A DNA stretch of 64,000 bases from Hypanus sabinus (taxonomy: Eukaryota). This document shows, piece by piece, positions 53,031-64,000 of the stretch. Within the stretch, counting starts at the first letter, position 1, and each line of letters opens with the position of its first letter. The position numbers and the translations under genes are program-made. The stretch covers positions 22,320,001 to 22,384,000 of the forward strand of contig NC_082706.1 of assembly GCF_030144855.1 (NCBI RefSeq), in the 5' to 3' direction. The notes beneath the pieces were generated by a model. The model saw nothing but the letters and a program-made list of their open reading frames with translations, did no database searches and had not been told where the DNA came from.

Positions 53031-56000
53031 ATGATCACAAGAAATGAGATTTGAAACTCACCTTTCAGGAAAGAATCACACGATCTGCTCACTGAGTCAG
53101 GGATCTGATCACAGAGTCTCTAATGATCTGATTAGCCTTTCTGATGTAAGGGTGTATCTATTTCTACATTAGGGTAGAGCTCTTGTCTGATCCAAAGTAA
53201 CAGCAGGAATTCATGGTTAGGATTTCTAAAACCTGATATGGTTTGGAGTGGTGGGGAGATCGAGTGAAGAAATCTTTCACACAGGGAGTAATTGGAATCT
53301 GGAAGGTGATGACTGAAGATGTGCAGACACTGGTACTCACGCAATGTTTGAGGTTCATCTAAACAAGCACTTGAATTACTGAGGCGCAGAATGCCATGGA
53401 CCTGATGTGGTAGATGAGACTGGGTTCAATGATCAGCATATACAAGATGGGTCAAAGGGCCTGTGTCTATGCTGTACAATACTACATGTATGTCTTATTT
53501 ACAAATCCAAGTGGAAATTCACTGGAATTAATCAGTTGAAATTGGATGAAAACATCCTTTTCCTGTCAGCTGCCACTTTTTCATTCCGCCTTCTTTAGCA
53601 TTGATTACATGCATCAGAAATGTAATAATTTTGAAAACAGGGCCAACACAGAAGTGAAAAGAACTCAACTTTCTGTAGTATTCATTAATCACTAATTAAT
53701 GTACTCTTGATCCTTCAGAAGATCCTGCACTTTCTATTCGTCCTTCACCCTTATGACCTCCAAACATTGCAGTTCAATGGGCTCTTGAGTTGCAGGTGTT
53801 GTCCCCGAAAATTGATCAAATAAAGTAAGTTGTTCAACAGAATTAAAAATATATTGGTGACTGCATGGCCAATACATTCTTCAAGATTCAAGACTTTCCA
53901 GCTGGTTTATTTTCACACGAGTATAAAGGAGGTAATTGTTACTCCGGATCCGATGCAGCATAAAAAACAGAATAAGTATAAAGAACACGATTTAAAAAAA
54001 CACAATAAACATAAATAAAAGAATCCTATAAAACCTGATGTTTATAATTTTGACTACACGTTGAAAATGAAAATTCAATCTAAATGGTGTATGACTTTTT
54101 AGACCATCGAAATACTTTTTCTGAGTTTTTAAACTTCATCTAAATTTCTCTAGATTTGCTGTAATGTAAAAAATGATAATTCACCTGTAGAAAGCTCCCA
54201 ATGTAATAAGCACTGATCATCATTCTCCAGTAACTTTGAGATAGGTAGAAATATTGGCCAGGGTTCAGGAGTAAATCCAATGTAGTTTTTTGACACGATG
54301 ACACGGACCCACCTGTCCACCTGAGAGCAGAAAGAGTTTGATTTTAACATATCCAAAAGACAGCGCCATTGAAAATGCAGCATTCTCTCACCATTCAGCC
54401 TGTATTTATTAACGTACGCCCCTCAAGCAGAATCTTCTGTCACAAAGATGTGAGTACCACCAACCAAACCACAGCTCACACTGATACGACCAGGGCATTT
54501 TTCCAAAGCACCATCACACAAAACATAACATGTAAAGAAATATAATGGATTGCTCCACTTGAACATGCTTTGGGTCTACTTTTCCATTTATCTGGCAATT
54601 TCATAAGCACCGTCTTCCCAGTTAATCTGCCTGCCATTGAGTTTAAACTGATCATTTTGTGCTTTTGTAGCTTCCATTTTAATTCTACATTAAAAATCAA
54701 TGAAATTATTTATGGTTTTCAGAGCCATATTGGAATTTGTACTAGGTGGGTTTGATGAAATGATTGAGTGGTAACAGTCTACTGCCCAGTTGCATCTCAA
54801 CAGAGAGATGGTTGTGTGTTCCATTCACCATTTCCTCAGAATCTCATAAAAATTTATTTTCCAAACTTAAAAACATATATTTTTAATAACCAGCAGTTTA
54901 AATAAAAGAATCAAAATAGATTTTTGACCACTTGTTCTGATCATGATCAATTATTACCATCTCTTAACATGGGTATCGGGAGATGGTTAAGCAGGGCTTA
55001 TTATCGCCCCAGGAAAATTACGTACATTTCCTTTACGTCTATAGTTACAGCCAAGCACCTGAAACCCACAACAAAGACTGGATCATCTGATTATTGGACA
55101 TGAGGGTATTTGTTATGGTTAATGTGAATAATCTGGATGTGGACTCTAGGCACAATTGCTTGACTAAGTGCTCTGGGAATGGATTAAGAACTTGTAGAGA
55201 GGCATGGGACTGGAGCTAGATTGGAAAAAAAGATGGTCCTATTGAGAATAGGGATGTAGGATTGAAAACAGAGGGAAGCAGTGCCTTGAACAGAATGATC
55301 AGAGTTTGGAAGTAAGGAGAAGTACAACTGGAAATAATGAAATATGGGATTAAAAATGAGAATTCTGGGAAAGCATCCATGACTGACAGCATCCACAGAA
55401 AAAATAGCAGTGTTACTTATTTGGATAGATGACATGCTCGGTACTGAATAATGAAAATGTTATTGCGCCCAGAGGTTAACTGTGTTTATCACTTCAGCAT
55501 TTTCTGTTCCATTTTCATCAGTTTTTTTTTGTTTTGTTCGTTCCCCTCCAGAGTCATTCATGGCTGTGACCAGAAGATCACTCCACAATCTCTAGTAATT
55601 CAGGCTATTCCTTGGGGATTCAAGTTCTAGTGTCCTGATGAGGAAGGGGCAGGGGTCAAAGTTAGGGTCGAGTGTGATCCTTGCTTGCTAAACACAACAT
55701 GGCCATCCTTTGAAACAGACAGTTATAGGATAAAGTGCAGCAGTGAGCTGACACAAGGGGCTTATGACACATCTCCGAGTTGGGAACTCTGTCTCTTCAT
55801 GTCTAGCTTCACGCTGGCCGTTGGCCACTCCTCCGCGCCAAGGTATGAATCGTCTGTCTTTGTTTGGTGCTGTCGTCCCCGTATTCCAGTTCCAAGCTCC
55901 ATGATCCGAGTCCAAGCCAAGGCTTGGAAACTGAGTCAAGTTCCAAATCTGTCTCCGTGTTGGGTCTCCGTGCCTGTGTCCTGCACTTGGGTTCGCTTCC

Positions 56001-56684
56001 TCAGCCGTCCATTGCAACAGGTTTTTCCGCTGCTATTGCAGTTTTCCAGTATCTTGTGGATTTTTGTTACATTAAGAAAGGAAAATTAAACTGACAGACT
56101 TATGTTTTGAAAGTTGTTTCCACAGGGCTATGACGACCAAAGCCACTGCAGATAAAATGAATACTTGTGTAAGGTAATTAATACTGCAATACAGGAAACA
56201 CAGTGGTTGATTTACGCACAGCAAGGTTCCGTGATAGTAACGACCTAATGATAATGGGTTTCAGTTATGTTATTTAAGGATTAATGATTGGCTAGAATTC
56301 AACAAAACCTTTCATATTTTTTCTTGTAATCTTAGACTTTTATTATTATATTCATGTATTGCCTGTGGCAGTCAATCATTTTCTTGAGCTGCTGAAGTCC
56401 ATCTGATGAAGCTATTTCGACAGGTGGTTCTGGGATTTAGACCCTGAAACAATGAGGGGGTCAGCAATGTATTTCCAGGTGTAAATGGATAAGAAATCTG
56501 CAGGTGGAGTGATGGTTTAAATTTCATCCAACAGATGGCTTCTTTAGTAAAGCCACACTGGCAATGGAACGTTTGTGCCTAGGTCTCTGAACTGGAACTT
56601 GAATTCCCTCCATAAACTCATTACGTGTATCAGAGAGGAAGGAACTGACATCAGACCATATTGTAAAGCAAAATGTGTAACAAG

Positions 56685-57339
56685 TGTAATGCCCTGGTTC
56701 ACATCTTTACTGTTCTGCTGTAAGTATTTCATTTAGCAGTTCTGTAAGAGCAGCCTGTTCTGCTTTCAGCCTGCTTGGGTTATTGTTGAAGATAAGGGAA
56801 GATGAGGAATGTGTGCCATCCAATTAGGATGGTAGAACTGAAGGGAGGTCTTTCTGGTGAGTGACACTAGGGTTGGGCTTGGGGCTTTTGTTTGGCGAGA
56901 GATGATGAGAAGAGACGCTGGGGAGAGCAGGTCGTACCTGGTGGGAGACCCGTTTGTTTGGGATGGATTGTGAGCCACGTTCAGAAGGTGATGGGTGTTT
57001 TCACACAGAATGAGGGCCCAGCATGTGAGTGACAGAGAAGTTCAAGATGATCTCCAGCTTGTGCACATTTGACTGTTTAGTTAGAATGGACCCTTGTTTT
57101 TTTGTTTTTCTTTACTAACCCTTTAGTTAAGATAAGATTCATAAGTATAATTTCTTTGATCGTACGCAGTGTACTGGCTGTCGTTTTGTGGCACTAATTT
57201 GTAACAGGGTAGCAAGTTACACAGCATCCACACAAACAGGGGTTTGGGGTGGGAGAGCCGTCTCAATCTCACGGGTTTGGCGGGACCGGAGACTGTTTTC
57301 CCTAGCCTTACGCGGCCAAGGAAAATAAAAGGTTTGACA
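56685..57339 (+). mobile_element. Probable solo LTR related to the Gypsy LTR at 1081-1693
   Basis: TGTAATGCCCTGG...CCCTAG...GGTTTGACA ends resemble TGTACAATGTCCTGG...CCCTAG...GGGTTACA; no clear TSD. Confidence 0.6.
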
Positions 57340-59280
57340 GAATAAAAGGCCTGTTAAAGTAGATAATGGTAAGTCGTATTGCATTTCATTTTGTCTCTGA
57401 AAAATACTGAAACTCTATTGTTTTTCTCAGAGGGAAACACAATAGCAAAGATTCCTGGTTACACCATGTCATTCTGCAAACTTGCCCAGTCAAGTTTCAG
57501 TGTTGATCGTTCTTGCACATCTCACACGTGATGACATCACTTTGGACATCTCACTCGGGATAACATCGTTCCCCGTGGAATGTTTCTTTTGGGATAGGGG
57601 ATCAAGGAGCATCTTTCCCCAGGGCTGACCATCAGTGTTGTAATAATTTAGTTTCCAGAGCTTATGGCTTAGTTGGATTCTCACTAATGCGAAAATCATA
57701 AATATGTACTAAATGTAACCTAATAGCTCAAGACTATAATAAACTACAGTCAGTGGAGGTATATTCATATAAGCACATAGAACATAGAACAGTACAGCCC
57801 AGGAATAAGCCATTTGATAATCCTGTTTCAACACATTCTTTGCAATTATCATTTCTTTGTTTAAATAACCACTGTACTTTGCTCCTTAATCTTATACCAT
57901 TTACATATATAATTAAAACATGGTGTATTAGCATATTTCACTTTTTGGTTCAGCTGTTTCTCAGGTTTAGCTACATCCTGTACTTATATCTGACTGTCTG
58001 TCATGAAGTGCAGCACCAATTTCCCAACTATTACCTTTCTCCACGGTCTTACCCACGCTGCCGATTCTCACTCTCCAGTTTCTGAGATCTCACCCTCTCA
58101 GTCCTCTAAATTCACTCCCCAATGCACAGATTCAATTCCAGCATTCTCCACTCCTCCCCAGCCAAACACATTTTCCAGATCCCATCTTCTCCCTAACATT
58201 TGCCTAACTCTGATTCTGCTTGAAGACAACCTCATACTGATACCACCACAACCACTCCATCCCCTCCTCACCAGCCTCCTCACTGATGTTAAGTTAAATG
58301 TTCCAGCCTGTTACTTAAATCAAGGCATTAAGTTTACTATCAGCCAGAATGCCGGCACTACTATCTTTCCTAATGAATTATCAATTACATTTGCTGATAG
58401 ACTACGTAATTTTTTAAAGTGCATGAATGCCATCTACTTGACCAGTTCTTATCCTCATTGAGTTTGAACAGCTTATTTAATGTATCAATTTTCCCCCAAT
58501 TTTAAATGAATCAGAATCATTGTGAAATTTGGTGTTTTGTGGCAGCAGTGCAGAGCGACACAATAACATATGTTACCGTAAGAAATATTTTTTAAAAAAT
58601 TAAAGAAGTAGTGGAAGATGAAAGCAAAAAAGTGAGCTCGTGTTCATGGGTTCATGGTCAGTTCAGCAATGGGATGGCGGGGGAGAAGAAGCATTTCGTT
58701 ACTCATCCTATCATCCACTGGCATGTTCACCTGATAAATACTGAAGCAAAAACAATAATTCAATATTTCTGTCATCTTATGTTATCTGAACTTTTTTTAA
58801 AAAATGTATTCTTAATAATAGAAAGCATAACAATTTTACAAGCTCTCGGTGCTCACTTCCCACACTAAGCTTTGGATTTACACAGTATCTGTAATAATAA
58901 TTTACAGTTTTGTTACATATTCCTTGATAATTTAAGAGCCCTTGAAGCACTTTGCAACCAAGAAAGTACTTTTCAAGTCACTTTTGTATACAGTACATAT
59001 TTGTTCATACAGTGCAGAGCAGACCCTTCCGGCCCAAAGAGGAGCGACTCCCAGTGACCCACCTATTTAACACTAGCCTAACCACAGCGCTGCTTACATT
59101 GTCCAATTAACCTATTATCCGGTACATCTTTGGACTTTAAGATGTTGGAAAAGATTTGTAGCTTGGGTTGAGGATGTTGTTGTTGAGTGGCTCGCAAAGC
59201 TGACTTGTTAGCTTGCAAACAACACACACAAAATGCTGGTGGAACGCAGCAGGTCAGGCAGCATCTATAAGGAGAAGCAC

Positions 59281-59316
59281 TGTCAACGTTTCGGGCCGAG
59301 ACCCTTCGTCAGGACA
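59281..59316 (-). ncRNA. Minimal hammerhead motif (PLE family 1), GUU cleavage triplet
   Basis: Minus strand UGUC-CUGACGA-A-GGG(UCUCGG)CCC-GAAA-CGUU^-GACA; 4-bp stem I. Confidence 0.6.
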
Positions 59317-59463
59317 ACGAGGTCAGGACCCTTCGTCTCGGCCCGAAACGTCGACAATGCTTCTCCTTATAGATGCTGCCTGACCTGCTGTGTTCCACCG
59401 GCATTTTGTGCGTGTTGTCTGAATTTACAGCATCTGCAGATTCCCTCGTGTTTGCTTGTTAGC

Positions 59464-59507
59464 TTGCAGATGTTTCGTGACCCAGCTGGGCAACATCATC
59501 AGTGCAA
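59464..59507 (-). ncRNA. Hammerhead motif (PLE family 2) with long stem II
   Basis: Minus strand UUGCA-CUGAUGA-U-GUUGCCCAGCUGGGUCAC-GAAA-CAUC^-UGCAA; 5-bp stem I; degraded inverted copy at ~59567-59612. Confidence 0.6.
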
Positions 59508-60073
59508 CTTCGAATGAAACCTTGGTGATCTGCGAACAATGTAGATCGCCAACTGTTCATTTGAAGTTGCACTGATGGCGTTGCGTAGCTGAGTAACAAA
59601 ACATCGGCAAGCTAACGAGCCAGCTCGGCGAGCTGCTCGACAACAATATCTCTGGACTGTGGGAGGAAACCGAAGCATCCGGAGGAATTGCAGGCAGTCA
59701 CGGAGAAAACATACTAGCTCCTTACAGACGATGCCAGAATTGAACAACAGACTGCAGGACATCCCGGGCTGTAACAGCATCGTGCTAGCTGCTACGCTAC
59801 CATGGTGCCCCAACAGTAACCAATTTATGTATAGCAAACTCCCAAAATCAAAAAAAAACAAGAAATATGATTTTTATTTTTACAGAATGTGGACTTCACT
59901 GGCCACACCAGAATTTGTTGTCCATTATAATTACGTTGAATTGAGGCGGGGGTGTGGGGAGAGACGAATTATGTTGATGGATCTGCAGATCACGTACAGG
60001 CCAGGAAGAGTAAGATTCGAAGAACTCCTTCCTTGGAGGACATTTGGTAAAACAAAAAAACCCATTCATAACC

Positions 60074-60206
60074 AGCACGAGAAAATCCGCAGATGCTGGA
60101 AATCCGAGCAACACGCACAAAATGCTGGAGGAACTCAGCAGGCCAGGCAGCGTCTGTGGAAAAGAGTACAGTCGACGTTTCAGGCCAAGACCCTTCAGCA
60201 GGATTG
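60074..60206 (-). mobile_element. Penelope pLTR monomer (133 bp) with 14-bp flanking duplication
   Basis: ACCCATTCATAACC at 60060-60073 and 60207-60220; hammerhead core mutated (CUGCUGA). Confidence 0.8.
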
Positions 60207-60399
60207 ACCCATTCATAACCCAAGGGAACAGACGGCAGCTCCTCTGTGGGCTGATAAACGATAAAATTTCGACTATTACTTCAGAGGGAGCGTTTGGGTT
60301 GTAGGGTGGGAACAGAATTAATGGAAGGGGAAATCAGATCAATATCTAGCCAAATGCAAAGCAAACTTAAATCATTTATAATAGGTTAAGCGTTGAGAT

Positions 60400-61290
60400 G
60401 AGAGCATGGTCTGCAGCAGACGCCAAGCATATGACTGCAGATGGCGCTTCGTCCAAACCGAGTTGCTTTTTTATTGGTGGATTGCGTTTTTGATTCAGTT
60501 CTCCATGAATGACGTTGAGCGGAGCGGGTGATGCCTTCCGGCTGCAGCAGCACAGTTTTCATTGCAGGGAAAGGGAGCCGTTGTCGAGCTGTTGGAAGCC
60601 GGTCAGGGAGCCGTATCTCGCCGGCACGGTGGCAGGCGATACCAGTGTGGCCGGAGCATCGGTAGGCCTCACTCGCAGGTAACAGGAGGGAATCTCCGCC
60701 GGTGTTACTCACACGCGCACTCATTCATCCGCCACCCTGCACACAATGCCCTCCTCCGAACCTTACATAAACCTTGACAATCTTACATAAACTGCTTTGC
60801 AGTCTCCCGTTATTGCAGTCACGACTGGATGCGATTCTTTTTAAATGTCAGCCTCGCGGAATGCTCGCTGCCTGTTACCGGAGCCGAGGTGATCTCGGAT
60901 AGAAACTTTGTAAAAGGGGTGTACAAGGTGGAGAAGGACGAGTGGCTTCAGCCTTCTGTCTGGCCTTGGCTGTGCGTTGATCACGTTTAGGGGGTTTTAT
61001 AATGGTGAAGATGTTCTCGCAGTGAGAGTGACAGTGAGAGGAAAGATGGAAGGGCGCGCAGGACAATGCTATGAATCGCGGTGACCTCCACTTTCACAGA
61101 CCTCTTCTGTTTGCATTCGGTCATCTGAACGTGCTCTCCATAGCTCAGTCCTGTACTCGGAACACAGTGCAGCCGAGAAGGGGGCTTCCTCGTCTATAGT
61201 GTTTACATAATATCTCCGCGGCGGAGGCTACTGGCTAATGATTTTTTTCTGGGGGGGTTATTTGCAGGCATGGCGGCTTTATGATCTAGG
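60400..61290 (+). promoter_or_regulatory. CpG-rich promoter / non-coding 5' exon region of SLC23A2
   Basis: Elevated CpG; CTCF/YY1-like GCAGATGGCGCT 60437-60448; ATTGG 60473; candidate donors CAG|GTAACA (~60679) and TAG|GTACTT (~61290); ~2-3 kb upstream of the ATG exon. Confidence 0.55.
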
Positions 61291-61404
61291 TACTTACAGT
61301 GTACTGATAATAAACCCTGTGCACTTGCAGAAGATCGCTCACCCAATAATCAACCTCCGTATTTTTATCTTTCTGTCTCTCATACACACACTCACTCTCA
61401 CACG

Positions 61405-62380
61405 CAAGCAGTCTCTCCCCTCTCTCCCCCTTCCTCCTCTCTCCCCTCTCTACCCCTTCCTCCTCTCTCCCCTCTCTACCCCTTCCTCCTCTCTCNNNNN
61501 NNNNNNNNNNNNNNNNNNNNNNNNNNNNNNNNNNNNNNNNNNNNNNNNNNNNNNNNNNNNNNNNNNNNNNNNNNNNNNNNNNNNNNNNNNNNNNNNNNNN
61601 NNNNNNNNNNNNNNNNNNNNNNNNNNNNNNNNNNNNNNNNNNNNNNNNNNNNNNNNNNNNNNNNNNNNNNNNNNNNNNNNNNNNNNNNNNNNNNNNNNNN
61701 NNNNNNNNNNNNNNNNNNNNNNNNNNNNNNNNNNNNNNNNNNNNNNNNNNNNNNNNNNNNNNNNNNNNNNNNNNNNNNNNNNNNNNNNNNNNNNNNNNNN
61801 NNNNNNNNNNNNNNNNNNNNNNNNNNNNNNNNNNNNNNNNNNNNNNNNNNNNNNNNNNNNNNNNNNNNNNNNNNNNNNNNNNNNNNNNNNNNNNNNNNNN
61901 NNNNNNNNNNNNNNNNNNNNNNNNNNNNNNNNNNNNNNNNNNNNNNNNNNNNNNNNNNNNNNNNNNNNNNNNNNNNNNNNNNNNNNNNNNNNNNNNNNNN
62001 NNNNNNNNNNNNNNNNNNNNNNNNNNNNNNNNNNNNNNNNNNNNNNNNNNNNNNNNNNNNNNNNNNNNNNNNNNNNNNNNNNNNNNNNNNNNNNNNNNNN
62101 NNNNNNNNNNNNNNNNNNNNNNNNNNNNNNNNNNNNNNNNCCCCTCTCCCCCCCTTCCCCCTCTCCCCCCCTTCCCCCTCTCCCCCCCTTCCCCCTCTCC
62201 CCCCCTTCCCCCTCTCCCCCCCTTCCCCCTCTCCCCCTCTCCCCCCCTTCCCCCTCTCCCCCCCTTCCCCCTCTCCCCCCCTTCCCCCTCTCCCCCCCTT
62301 CCCCCTCTCCCCCCCTTCCCCCTCTCTCCCCCTTCCCCCTCTCTCCCCCTGCCTCCTCTCTCCCCCTTCCTCCTCTCTCT
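61405..62380. repeat. CT-rich (CCCCTTCCCCCTCTCCCC-type) tandem repeat spanning assembly gap
   Basis: Near-pure pyrimidine tract on both sides of the N-run. Confidence 0.9.
61496..62140. other. Assembly gap (645 N)
   Basis: Run of N. Confidence 1.
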
Positions 62381-63279
62381 TGTGCATTGTCTCACACTTC
62401 CTCTCATTTGCTACTGTTCTCTGAACACCCCATCTCAAATTGGCAACCTCCTGGTGTTGTTGAATAATGAGTTTTTGTGAACACTGTTGCCCCACCCTTG
62501 GGGAAAAATGCTGAATCATATGTCAGGGGCAGCATAAATTGATGTTGTGGATAAGCAGACCTGCTGAGAGGTGGAGGTAGGACGAGTGAGCTTCACTGGT
62601 GTAATTTCTCTCTCAAGCATGTTCCCGCTCTTGCTCTCCCTCATGCGCACCCTCTCTCTCTCTCTCTCGCGTGCCTTCGCGCCCTCCCTCTCTTGCTCCC
62701 CCACTCTCGCGCGCGCTCTCGATCTCTCTCGCATGCTTACTTTCGCTCTCGCTCTCTCTCCCGCTGTCCTGCTCTCTCGCAATCCCCCTCATTCCCTACT
62801 GTACCCAGAATACCCATGTCTGAAATCTGCAACCTCATGGTGTTATTAAATAACTCAAGCTTATATAAACTCTGTTGCCTCACCCTTCAGGGAAAAATGT
62901 TGAATCATATGTTAGGAGCAGCATAAATTGTTGAAGCAAACCTGCTGGTTGACTGGCTAATGGAGATGTTTTAACTTGTATATTTTATCTGATATTTCTA
63001 TTTCAGACACTGGGTTAGAGTCGCTGGTAGCAGTTCTATCTCGCTTCTCGCCAATTTGCATGATCCTTGTTTTTACTTACTTTTCAGGTCACGGGACATT
63101 CGACAAATCAGCAGGTCATGTCGTTAGTGTCTGTGACGAGTACGTGACCATCCTTGAGGCTGGCGTGAGAGAACTGACCCTCCCCCCCCCCCCCCATCCC
63201 ACCCCATCCAGCCTAATCCATACACTATTTTTATATCCATCGCACCCCGCCCTTTCCTCTTGGCTCCTCCCGGGAATCG

Positions 63280-63387
63280 ATGGGAATCGGGAAAAACACA
63301 ACCACCAAGGGAAGCATGGAGACCGGTAGCGCCTCTGACAGCCAGTACGAGGATGAGAAGCACTCGGCTGCGTTCTTCCCGGTACCG
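63280..63387 (+). CDS. SLC23A2: Sodium-dependent vitamin C transporter 2 (SVCT2), first coding exon (108 nt CDS; likely acceptor ttttcag| at 63088)
   Basis: [36 protein letters not shown]|gtaaga closely resembles the human SVCT2 N-terminus ([36 protein letters not shown]); synteny with PCNA and CDS2. Confidence 0.93.
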
Positions 63388-63504
63388 GTAAGAGTCATGT
63401 TTGTGTAGTGTGTCGCTCACCCATCTAAACAATACGGGACACTCTGTCCGGTAAGCGAACACTAGTGAAAGCCTGGTCAGTGAAGCAATTCGTAATGTGT
63501 GTTT

Positions 63505-63860
63505 GAACATAGGATAGTACAGCTCAGTACAGGCCTTTCAGCCCATGATATTGCGCTTGGCTTTCTAGCCTACTACACGGTCAATCTAACCCTTCCCGCC
63601 TATCATTCTGAATTTCTCTTTCATCCATGCGCCTATCTAAGAGTCTCTTAAATGCTCCTACTGTATCGGCCTCACCTGTTCTCCCAGGGAGTGCATTCCA
63701 GACCCTCAACGTTTTGTGTTATTTTAAAAAATAAGCTACCTCTGACATCTCCCCTAAACCTTCCTCAACGACTCACTTTGAAATGATGTCCTCCGGTATT
63801 GGCTGTTGTCAGCCCGGGGAAAAAGGCTCTGACTGTCCTCTCTGCCTGTGCCTCATATTT
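63505..63860 (-). mobile_element. CR1 LINE 3' end
   Basis: GAACATAGGATAGTACAGC...ACAGGCCTTTCAGCCC tail and CTATCTAAGAGTCTCTTAAATG...GCATTCCAGACCCTC motifs. Confidence 0.7.
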
Positions 63861-64000
63861 AGAAAGATTTGACATGTCATCTAAAACTTTAATAAATCTT
63901 CTATACATGTGTGGCGGAGGGAATTTTGACTGGTCGGATCATGGCCTGGAATGGAAACAATAATGCCCTTGAACGGAAAAGCCCACTAAAAGTAGTGAAT
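63861..64000 (+). mobile_element. Rex1/Babar LINE fragment (runs off window)
   Basis: Similar to 44358-44490 (RFDMSSKTL...ILTG.IMAWNGN). Confidence 0.55.

Larger units (their letters stand above)
59005..59810 (-). mobile_element. V-SINE interrupted by a palindromic PLE family-2 unit (~59137-59647), itself interrupted by a family-1 palindrome (59218-59454)
   Basis: SINE halves at 59005-59136 and 59648-59810 with duplicated ATCT(T/C)TGGACT; the inner insert is flanked by an exact CTTGTTAGCTTGCA duplication. Confidence 0.8.

Noticed and set aside
55550-56100. Moderately GC-rich block with overlapping 76-134-aa ORFs, a possible acceptor at ~55551, and CTGATGAG at ~55635
   Set aside because: No recognisable protein motif (not TMEM230), and no GAAA or stem partner for a hammerhead. 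Left unassigned.
61238-62519. 347-409-aa ORFs
   Set aside because: Artefacts of the N gap and CT repeat.

Overview
Vertebrate nuclear DNA, very likely a cartilaginous fish (shark or ray), judging by HE1-like V-SINEs, HER1/CR1 LINEs and Penelope pseudo-LTRs. Three host genes are recognisable from their exons and GT-AG splice sites. CDS2 coding exons 1-3 lie on the minus strand (15149->6998) and the gene runs off the left edge. A complete 6-exon PCNA gene lies on the plus strand (19323-29441, 261 aa), head-to-head with CDS2. The first coding exon of SLC23A2/SVCT2 is on the plus strand (63280-63387), with a CpG-rich promoter region at about 60.4-61.3 kb. This is the conserved CDS2-PCNA-(TMEM230)-SLC23A2 neighbourhood, but I could not find TMEM230 exons. 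The rest is mostly nested transposons: a Gypsy 3' end with its LTR, solo LTRs, a degraded L1, CR1 and Rex1/Babar LINEs, a full-length decayed hAT with an 8-bp TSD, a Tc1-like MITE, V-SINEs and a Penelope-like element. The most interesting non-genic signal is a set of short Penelope-derived units carrying minimal hammerhead ribozyme motifs of two families. They occur as monomers or palindromic dimers with ~13-14-bp flanking duplications, including a three-level nested insertion at 59.0-59.8 kb. Also notable are a degenerate ~42-bp tandem array in the CDS2 promoter and a second E2F/CRE promoter-like cluster in PCNA intron 1. There is a 645-bp N gap at 61496-62140. Repeat boundaries without a stated TSD are approximate and were read by eye.
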